64,000 nucleotides of DNA, taken from Lepidodermella squamata (taxonomy: Eukaryota; Animalia; Gastrotricha). This document shows, piece by piece, positions 54,890-64,000 of this stretch. The notes beneath the pieces are model-generated. The model searched no databases, was not told the origin of the DNA, and was given only the letters and a program-made list of their open reading frames with translations. Both the position numbers and the translations under genes were made by a program. Within the stretch, counting starts at the first letter, position 1, and every line of letters begins with the position of its first letter. The stretch covers positions 2,170,001-2,234,000 of the forward strand of contig JBLDXI010000007.1 in the NCBI GenBank assembly GCA_047495785.1. Reading direction: 5' to 3'.

Positions 54890-57800
54890 CGATTATTGTG
54901 GCGCGCCCGGTCGGCGTCGCTCAAAAAACGAGTAACTGCGACAAATTTTGCAGCGGCCAATTTGAGGAGGAGGACGAGGATTTGTTGCCTCAACTGACGC
55001 CCGCCGTGCCGCCCTTTCGCTGCTCGAATTTCTGGTAGTGGCCGGGTGGTGCTCCGGATCAGGCAAGCCTTGACTGGCCAGGTACTGATGCAACTCCGTC
55101 GTGGGACTCGGCAACGACGAGCATGCGGGGCAGTCGGACTTTCGGCACCGGTTGAAGATGAGCAAACCGGAGCGGCTGAAAATTTGTAATATATTTCAAT
55201 TATTTCAAATATTAAAAATTTTAATATAGTTGAATGAAAAAAAATAACACGATAATAAATGCAGAAAACTTACTAATCAACGTGTTTATCGGCTAGAACG
55301 AGCTGTCGTAGAAGCCGCTTGTTAGTTTTCCGCCGTTGTTTGCTCGGCTTCTTTTCATTCACGAAGTCGGGCTCTTCCTGGGTGACGAGAAATTTGTCGA
55401 GACACGGGCGTTTTTCAGGCGTTTTTATTGGTGGTCTGCGTTACATAATTCATAGTAACATTGCCTTTAAGACACAGAGATATGAATAAATTAATTTCAG
55501 TATAGGTGATATTTCTTAATAATAAGTATTGGTTATTTATCGTTGGTTGGAATATAGATGGTGGTGAAGAATTCGAATTACTTATTTAACACACTAGTTT
55601 TTCGAATTTTATACGAGAAGCGAGAAAAAATCAGGCTCGAATTGCGCTCAAATCACGTATTTAAAAAATGAGGTGATAAGCTGTACCTTATTGCGGCAGC
55701 TGAAACCAGGTGCATAACGGCCCACCACCAGCGATTCCAGTTTGAGCTCCCTGAACAGCAGCCAGTAGAAATGCCGGTTGTTTGCATATTCGATGCGCCA
55801 ATCAGGCCCGGCGTCAACAAAGAGGACGAGGCATTGCGGGTGTTTGTTTTCAGCATTACATAAGTATAAAACATGCCGTAATATGTCGGACATGTGTTCT
55901 GCCATGCCGCAGTCATTGAAAAGTTTGCATCTGCAAACACGATAAAATTTAGAATTTTGTTTAATTGTGACGAATAAAATTGGTTTCCTATGGTACTATG
56001 AGCCATGTTATCGAAAATAATGTTTTTATAAAATCTTATTCTCAGTAAATTTATTAAATTAATATTTTTTCGGGTGTGATCGAAAGGAAAATTGCCCTAA
56101 TTTTTATTAAATTTATCTAATTTTGAGAAAACCTGAAAATTATTGCTGTTGCGTAACAAGTGAAATTACAGCGATGTATATGTGTCATTCTCAATTTCAT
56201 TCTCAATATTGAAAAATGAAGGCGAGACTTCAAGTTCCTTGACGAAACTTGAATTTCTCAGCGGCCTTCTTATTCAACATTTCGAAAAAAATTTAATTTC
56301 AAGGTTCTCCAAGTTATAGCCTTATTTCGTGCTCTAGAGCTTGAAACTATAATCGTAGTCTCAATTTTCGCTTCGCGTTGATCGGTTGATCGGTTCGCGA
56401 TGGGAAACAGAATGATAATAACGAGAAGAAGGGCAAGAGAGAAAGTGGCAAGAATTACACAAGAAATTCAAATTGTAATTCGATATCCTGGTATGAACCT
56501 CATCGCGGCGACTCCGGGAATCCATGTTTGGTGTCCCTCTTAACGCCTCTGAGTGATCCTTTGAGCTTTGAGCGAAGCTCATCGACGATTCCAGGCCGCG
56601 ATCATTAGCATTCGAATTGTCATCGAAGGCTTTTGGTATACTCAAAGGCTGCTTCGGAGTCATTCGCTACACATCTATTCTGCGTGCTTCATAATATTGC
56701 AACATCGCGAAACGAGCGTCTTGATAAAAACTTGATGAAAACCCAAGAGAAAGAAGGCTCGCATCGTTTTTCCCACTGATCAAGCGCGCTTAAGGGTAGT
56801 GCTTAGGTGATAGACAGGCTTTGCCCGTCGGCGTCAACTCGTCGAGTTTTTCGATGGAATTTTGACGAAATTGATTAGAATCAAGCTCGACTTCAATAAA
56901 CTTGATATGAATGCGTACATCACAAGTGCCTGATCAAACTTAGCGCGGTCCAAACCAGAAACTGTCTGGACCATGAGACGTAGTACGACAAGTACGATGT
57001 AGTACGTCTCATGGTCTGGACGAAAAATCAAATAAAATCGATGACCTGCCACGAGCAGCAGACATAGATTTAATTTGATTTTCGCCAGATTTTTGCCAGA
57101 TTTTGTCGTTTTCAGCCAAATTTTATTAAAATTTGACAAAAAATTGTCCTAAATGAGGTCAAACAGGAAATCTAAATAAATTTTAATAAATTGGACGCCG
57201 GTTTTGTTCAAACGTTATCGAATCTTAAATATTAAATGAAAATTTACCGAAAAACGGTGAAATTTTATTATTTTTTAGCTCAAAACGACAGAATGGTTCT
57301 ATATCAATTGAGCAAACGAAAATTGGGCAACGAAAATGGAGCAAAGGCTTTTGAGCAACGATATTAGAGCAAAACGACTTTTCGGCAAAATGAGATTACT
57401 GTAACGTGGTCTTATTTCGGACAAAAACCTGTTTTTCGGGCTTTGTTTTTTAAGATGAGCGAATTTTTTTACGCGATTTACGCCAAAAGATGCGCCTTGA
57501 AAAACAGCATATCCTAGCGTTAATCGCGGCAAAAATGTACCTAAACTGACGCAGGTATTCACAGGTAACTGACTCGGCTAATTTCGGACACAACTGGGGT
57601 AATTTCGGACAGCTCAGCGTGAATATTTAGATTAGGGTCAAAGTTCACATTAAAGCGAGATAATATTTGTGAGCAGATTTTAAAAGAAAAAAATAAATTG
57701 CATGTTGAGGGATTTGAACCCCCGATAGTGAATTGAGCTCTCAACGCAGCTCAGTGCTATTCTCACTAAAATATTAAAGTTTAAAAAATGTCAAGGTCGA

Positions 57801-59650
57801 TTGAATTCTCTGTAGTTTGTGGCTGTCCGAAATAAGCCGGGGCATTTCGTTTTTTCTGGCTGAATTTCAGGACAAATGAGCAATTTAAATTTGTTCTAAA
57901 CATGCCTATCTAACTGAAGTCGATGCGCTCTTTCTTTTGCGCTTCTTTCCGGCAAAAAATACTGCCAAATAAAAAAGTTGGCAATTTTTTACCTCGGCGC
58001 ACACCTGCGAAGAAGTGCAACCATTATTCGTAAAAAAATCCGTTTCTCATATTTCAGATGTCATTTGAAAGACAGGACTCTGGACTATCTTCTACATTTT
58101 TAACGGTATTTTTACCCATCAGGGTTGAGGAGAAACGCGTGCTCAAAGTCAAAATAGTGTCCGAAATTTCCCCGTCCGGAAAAGGACCGCGTTACAGTAG
58201 AGCAAAACGACACGAGAGCAAATTTAATAATTAATTGCAGCTGTTATTTATTGTCCTGTCGTTTTGCTCTAAATTCGTTTGCTCTAATATCCTTGCTCAA
58301 AAGCCCTTGCTCTATTTTCGTTGCCCAATTTTCGTTTGCTCAATTGACATAGAACCGACAGAATTTATTTAATTTCGGCTTTTAATAACAACATTTACTT
58401 CGATCACATGGCTCTTTGAAAATTTAAAATACATTTTTTATTTTCCAATATAATAAAAAAAAGTAAAAAAACTTGAAATTTTAAAAATTATCTGTTTACG
58501 ACTATTACTTTTCTTGCCTTCAAGAGCAAGCGGCCCCCGGCGCTGTGGAACGGCTCCTCAAAAATTTTATAGCCAGCTAGAATGATTTTCAGGTCATCAG
58601 CGGGATAATCATGGTCGTTGTGATCTGCACGATTCTCAGGCATGTAGTAATACCGCGGTCGGTAACTAGTTTCGATACAATACTTCCTCCAATGACAATC
58701 GAATGCTTATTATCGCATGACATGTAAACAACACCGCGAGGCATAGCCGCCATAGCTTCTTCCAGCATGGCCATACGTGAATTTCGGTGATGATCATCGC
58801 TGATCATCGCCATTTCTTATGTTGCACTGTTTCGGCCGCCGCTTCAAATCGATAACCACGCGGTATTGCTTTGCGAGTAATTGTGACCGGCGTGCGGGGC
58901 AGGAAACATCCGTTTTATCGACGAACTGCTAACCTTGTAGCCATTCAACTGTAATACAGATATAATAATTATAGGAAATTATTGCGGCTCGTGTAATAAA
59001 ATCAGTAATTTTGGTAAACTTTTAATAAAAAAAGGAGAAAAGCAAGTAGTAATTTATATGATTTACCTGACACTCCTCCACCAGTTCAGGAACACGTACG
59101 CCAACAGCTTCATTCTTTCCGTGGCGCTTAGCTGCAGCTATTATATACGGCGTGTTTCTTATCGATACAGGCGTGAAAACATTAAACGATGCCTGGATAT
59201 AATTCCTCCGTCGCCTGTCGGCCCGGCTTCGAGATTTTAATCTCCGGGCTCGGAAACCGCATCAGCGTCATCATCATCGTCAAACAAGCACACGACTTTA
59301 TTCATCTTCCGGAAGGCGTCCCAATTTTGCGGCGGCGAGGGCTCAGGCCTTTGATATTCGGCCAGGCGGTATTTCGGACGCTCGAAAGCCTTGACTACGT
59401 ACGCCGGGCGGTCAATTGTTACGCACTCTAATTTCGGCCGCTCATAAACAGCCAACTCATACTTCGGTCGCGTTTAAATGAAGCCTGGGTGATGGTTCTG
59501 TCGTAAATTACCGGTTCAGGTAGCGACGGCCTTTGAAATGGTGTCGCAGTCATTGATGGGCGCTCAAATTCCTTCAGACCATACTTGGGACGATCATACA
59601 CAGCCAGGCTTGTAGGTAACTGGCATTTTAATCCAACGCCGCCACCCGAC
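54890..59650 (-). mobile_element. Fragmented Zator-like DDE transposase remnant interrupted by MITEs
   Basis: YMSCDNKHSIVIG and DHNDHDY (58600-58740) and LFVDAGPDWR...FRELKLESLVVGRYAPGFSCRNKV (55680-55830) resemble recalled Zator/TP36 motifs SxDDK...DHD and DGGPD...LD...APGxSxxNxVE. Stops and frameshifts present. Confidence 0.5.
57295..58356. mobile_element. MITE with 8-bp TSD containing a nested TA-flanked MITE (~57397-58199)
   Basis: TSD GACAGAAT (57287-57294, 58357-58364); ends GGTTCTATATCAATTGAGCAAACG and CGTTTGCTCAATTGACATAGAACC; inner element TACTGTAACG...CGTTACAGTA. Confidence 0.8.
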
Positions 59651-59889
59651 ATTACGTAAAATGGCTATAATACGAAAGACAGCAGAAATTTAAAAGATGC
59701 GTTTGAAATAAATCTGATCACTAGCGAATTGAACATTCGGCAATAAACGCGGTGGAAATAAAAATATGACGACTAGTAGCAAATAAAAATAATTTAACAT
59801 GAAAATGTGGCGTTGTGACATGAACCAGTAGATTATAGACGAAGAAGAATTGAAACGAAAAGAAATTGGCTATATAGCCAAAACGTTAA

Positions 59890-60401
59890 AACTTTAACTG
59901 CCAAAAATAGACTGCGAGATCCGATATTTGGATCCAAATTCTGGGTCTGTCGAAAAGTCCTTTTTCCGTGTCAACGATGCGTCGTAGAGCAGAATGCCTG
60001 ACAGCAAAGGCAAAATGTAGGCCATGACCCGGCGGTTCTTTTGACACCAAATTTGTGGCCAAAGACTTCAAGAAACGCACTTCAGAAATCAACTTGTAAA
60101 AAAGGTGAAATTTCGATTGTTGCGCCATAATCTGGGTCGAATAATTAGGTCCAATTCTTGGGTCTGATTTTGGCTCTAATCCAAATTTCGACGTTATTTC
60201 ACTGCCATTTTCAATGACTCGCTCAGACCTTGTGGCCCTACTGAATTCGCTGTCAAAAGAACCGCCGGGTCATGGTCTACATTTTGCTGTCAGGCATTCT
60301 GCTCTACGATGCATCGTTGACCCGAAAAAAGGACTTTTCGACAGACTCAGGATTTGGATCCAAATATATCTGATTTCACAGTTTTTTTGGCAGTTAAAGT
60401 G
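59890..60401. mobile_element. piggyBac-type MITE with ~150-bp TIRs
   Basis: TTAA-flanked; 59890-60046 is the imperfect reverse complement of 60251-60401. Confidence 0.7.
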
Positions 60402-61135
60402 TTAATCATCAGAAGAATCAATTAACTAGAAATATCAGAAGAATAATGGCAAAAAAGAATAATGCCAGGGTTGACACTGTCATTCCGTGTTTCCTGGTGA
60501 TCCTGGTGATTAAAATTATTCAAGCGTCGTCCGCGTTGTCCATGTCTTCGGACAGTACAATTTTTCATTTTCTTATTATTTTTAAAAATGATTGAAATAA
60601 TTTCCCGCGTCTTTTCAGCCCGCTGGGCGGAAGGTTCAATTCTGAAAATGATCTGAAAAATTATTCGGCGTAAATGTCATTTTGCTAACTTGTCGGGGCG
60701 AAAATGTCGAGGCGTTAACCGGGCGATCATGTCATAGGACCGAAAATGTCGATAGCTCGTCGAAACATTCAAGATTATGGTCAATAATTAAAGCAATTAC
60801 TCCAAAATTTGTTAAAAATCAAGGTGAGCTCGGAAAATTCCAGGTAAAATCCTGGGGCTTCAAATTTGTATCACACGGCTGCCTGTATTTTTTCATTAAT
60901 TTATGAGCCCACCTTGGTTTTCTAGAAATTACTTGAAATTCCTGAACTTGACGCATGTTTTGCGGGTGACCTTTGAACCCATAATTTGAGCTAATAACAA
61001 GGGTAAATAACATCCCTTAATAATTTCGTTATTTTAACGATGTTTTGAGCTTGAATTTAATGAAAAAATAATATGTATGAATGTTAATTTTGTCATAAAT
61101 AAATATATGAAATGTATGAAAGTTGGCACCCATTA

Positions 61136-61554
61136 CCGTATTTCATCAAATAATAGCCATGGCTACTATTTTTTCCGAAACTCCGAAAATGGTCCAAAAA
61201 AAGAGGCAATTATTCGAGGGGGCTATTATTCGAGGGGGGCTATTATTTATTGGCAATTGGCAAATTTCATCATCGCAAGTCGTTTGCGCTGTTGAATTAT
61301 CTGTTTTCTGACCCACGCTGCTAATTAATCCTCGACATCCCCTAACAACGGCTTACGGATTAAAGATTAAGGCGACGCAAGTAGGACAGCTTTTTCCCTC
61401 CTTCACCGCGCCACCTGCTTCGGACAAGGCATGACGTGGCTATTATTCGAGGGGGGCTATTATTTATTTTTAAATGCTCAAATTAGCCGAAAATTTCGGG
61501 CTATTATTCGAGGGGGCTTTTATTCGAGGGAGGCTATTAATCGATGAAATACGG
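61136..61554. mobile_element. Tc2-like MITE, TA TSD
   Basis: TA|CCGTATTTCATCAAATAATAGCC ... GGCTATTAATCGATGAAATACGG|TA; internal GGCTATTATTCGAGGG repeats. Confidence 0.8.
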
Positions 61555-62347
61555 TATTTAAATTTTTGGTCCAAAAAAGGTCCAAAGGAGTGTTTGATTG
61601 AGTGGAGAAGGGTTAATCAACACAGGCCTTAATATAAACACAGGTTAATTCCTCAGGCCTTGAAAATGTAACTTGGAAAAAATGAGCAAAAATTAACTCC
61701 CTGATATCAACTCAACTCAGTTCAAGATCACTTTTACTAGTTTTACTCAAGTCTGTCATCAATAAGTCATCAGTTGTTAGGCTCCAGCGGGCTGCGCGAC
61801 CTTTGCGACCTTTATGACATTAAATATAAACATTGGAGAACGTTTCAGGTAATATCAATTGGTGTTTCATTTGTGTTTATTCAGCGACGTTTGAAAGTAT
61901 AGATTATTTTAGATGGCTCTCTGCCGAAATTAGGACGATAAAATTCGATTTAATTTTCGGGAAAAATCAAATTTGTCACTTTTTCGACTTGCAGCAGCCG
62001 CCCTCTCGAGTAATGTTTAGCTGATTTGGATTATCGGTCAATTCTTGAACTATTGCTCTTTCAATGACTGATTTGAGATAATTTTTTTGATGATAATAAA
62101 AAAAATGTTGAAATGTTTTTTTCTAAAAGATTGAATTGAAAACAGGTTCGCGAGAAATAATGGCGGCGTAGTTGAGGCGGTTCGAATAAAAAATTAAATC
62201 ACGTGGGATGCTCGTGCCAGGAAGATCGCGCGCCCTTTACAATATCAACACATTTTTTTGATACCGAAAATCTCAATAATAATCACAATTATTTCACAAA
62301 TTTATCCTACCGGCTTAAATTTATTTTTACTGATTTACAAGAATTCG

Positions 62348-63402
62348 ATGTCGCGATATTTTGCGCTTGTTTACACGTTCAGCCTGTTCCGCGTGTTGTG
62401 GAGCGTTGACCTCTATTTCGAGAATACAAAAATTTACTTATTCCAAAATGCGGACCCGAACATTCCATCGATAAACGTGACACTGTATGAGGGTACTTTT
62501 GATGGCTTCTCACCGGGTCAGCCACCTGCAACACCGTGGCCCTTGCCTATCCCATATACATTCAACAATGGGACCTGGTATATTTATACGCCCGGCAATT
62601 CTGACGTCTGTAAGTTAATCTGTGTTACCATTAATGTATGAAACAATTGATGTATTGTATCATCATGATAAATTAGCTCCGCTTGACAGACAGGTTTACA
62701 AGCAGGCCATAGCTTATATCGAATCGGTTACCTGTTTGCGCTTTGTGGAAAGATCATCCATCGGTTTGAATGAGCCTAACTCGATCCTCTTCATAGGAAG
62801 ACTTGGGTGAGTTTTGTTTCCTAACCTGCGATATAAAAAACTTGTCTGCCATTTGTATTACGCGTATAGAGACCAAGCTGGCTATCATTCAACTTCTTAT
62901 CCTCTGAGGGTTGTCGCAATTAGCAGCGAAACTGGCAACGACAATTTCTTTTACGCAGCAAGTTTCAGGCTTCTTATTAACTCAATCATTTGAGCGAAAT
63001 CATTTGAGTTATAGGTGCCTGCCGCGATCAGGAAGATTGGCTATGCCCTTGGACTGACATATGAGCTCAGACGGCCAGATCGGGGTCAATACCTCGTTCC
63101 TTTTCCTGGCAACGAGAACATGTTCAAATTCTCAAATTATTAACAAAACAAGTAATTTTCTGTTTTTATCCGTCCCAGCCCCTTCCCCATCAACCCATTC
63201 CCCATCAACCCGGCGCAAACTTACTACAATGCAACGCCCTTCGACCATGAGTCGCTCTTCAACCCGGCGATGGGACGACTAGGTGGGATATGGCTTCCCA
63301 GGATGTACCCAATTGATCGGCGCTACGTGGCTTCTGTTGGCCAGTCTGCCTGGCTGTCATTGTTCGACACGATCAAGCTGAACACGCTATACAAGTGCTT
63401 TG
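62348..63402 (+). CDS. Copy F: pseudo-astacin exons 1-5 (3' part, if present, lies beyond the window)
   Basis: MSRYFALVYTFSLFRVLWS...RKIGYALGLTYELRRPDRGQY...LNTLYKCF with open frame; intron 5 begins GTGAGC at 63403. Confidence 0.8.
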
Positions 63403-63659
63403 GTGAGCAAACTACTTTATCAATAATAAAGTGTGCGCAAACTTTTTTGCCTCGCTTTTTTTGAATAACTTTTAAACCGTAAGTGATGCAAAGACGCGGT
63501 TTTCAGCAAATTAAAGAGCAGATGTGGTCTGATCATTCCCTAAGAGCTTGTTTCAAAAAAATGTACCGCAAGAAAGATGTGCAAGAAATGCGTTTTGCCA
63601 TTTTTCATAATTTTTCCATTTTTTAAAAATGAAATTTTTGCATCCGATGTGGCCTGAGT

Positions 63660-64000
63660 GCACATTTACGGATCCGCGGTGGTTTCCTCCGGTCACTAAA
63701 AAGCCGTGAAATGCTAGTTTTCTCTAACAATTAATTGCTCGCACGCTATTGGTCGATTCAAAAATAAGCGCGGGAGTCGCATTAATGCCGCTGCGAAACA
63801 AAATAACCGTCGACTTCACAGATTCATGGTTAATAATGCAGACCGGCGCAAATACAGGGCCTCATTATCAGATGCAGTTAAAATAGGATTTTTTGGGAGA
63901 ATAATTGGAACAAATTTCTAAAAAAAAAATCAAAAATCCAGTGAAATCAATAACTGAAAAAATGAGCAAAGGCTGTGATTTTTTCACCCAAATGTCGACA
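63660..64000. mobile_element. Probable left end of a second MULE-family element
   Basis: Host repeat breaks off and GCACATTTACGGATCCGCGGTGGTTTCCTCCGG begins, similar to the 50490 TIR GCACATTTCCGGGCCCGCCTATGTTTCGTCCGG; other end not in window. Confidence 0.55.

Noticed and set aside
56300-57140. Short minus-strand ORFs between Zator-like fragments
   Set aside because: No recognisable motif or consistent splice model.
4857-63402. Diversity-generating retroelement or V(D)J-like recombination as the source of variation
   Set aside because: No intact reverse transcriptase, template repeat, adenine-specific mutation pattern or recombination signal sequences seen; duplication, conversion and selection suffice.

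Overview
Eukaryotic (invertebrate animal-type) genomic DNA with short spliceosomal introns and many transposons; the taxon cannot be determined from this window. It begins with an intact two-exon actin gene (1303-3115). Most of the rest is a same-strand tandem array of a 14-exon gene for a secreted ~657-aa protein: signal peptide, pro-peptide-like segment, astacin (M12A) fold, EGF, CUB, kringle and a Cys-rich tail. There are three apparently complete copies (A 4857-7848, B 10849-13902, D 29637-33803), one running off the window (F from 62348) and three truncated copies (C1, C2, E). In every copy with an intact astacin exon the zinc-binding motif HExxHxxGxxH reads RKIGY[A/V]LGLTY and the Met-turn is lost, so these are pseudo-proteases. 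They keep a nearly invariant scaffold but differ in short hypervariable loops that map around the former active-site cleft and on the CUB and kringle domains, and the copies are sequence mosaics of one another. This looks like a diversified secreted recognition or decoy protein family shuffled by gene conversion (inference). The intergenic DNA holds an intact autonomous MULE (72-bp TIRs, 9-bp TSD, 5-exon 828-aa transposase), many MITEs, a tRNA-derived SINE, a truncated RTE-type LINE, Zator-like remnants, two long inverted repeats and two decayed COP9 signalosome subunit 4 fragments. All gene models and alignments were made by eye.
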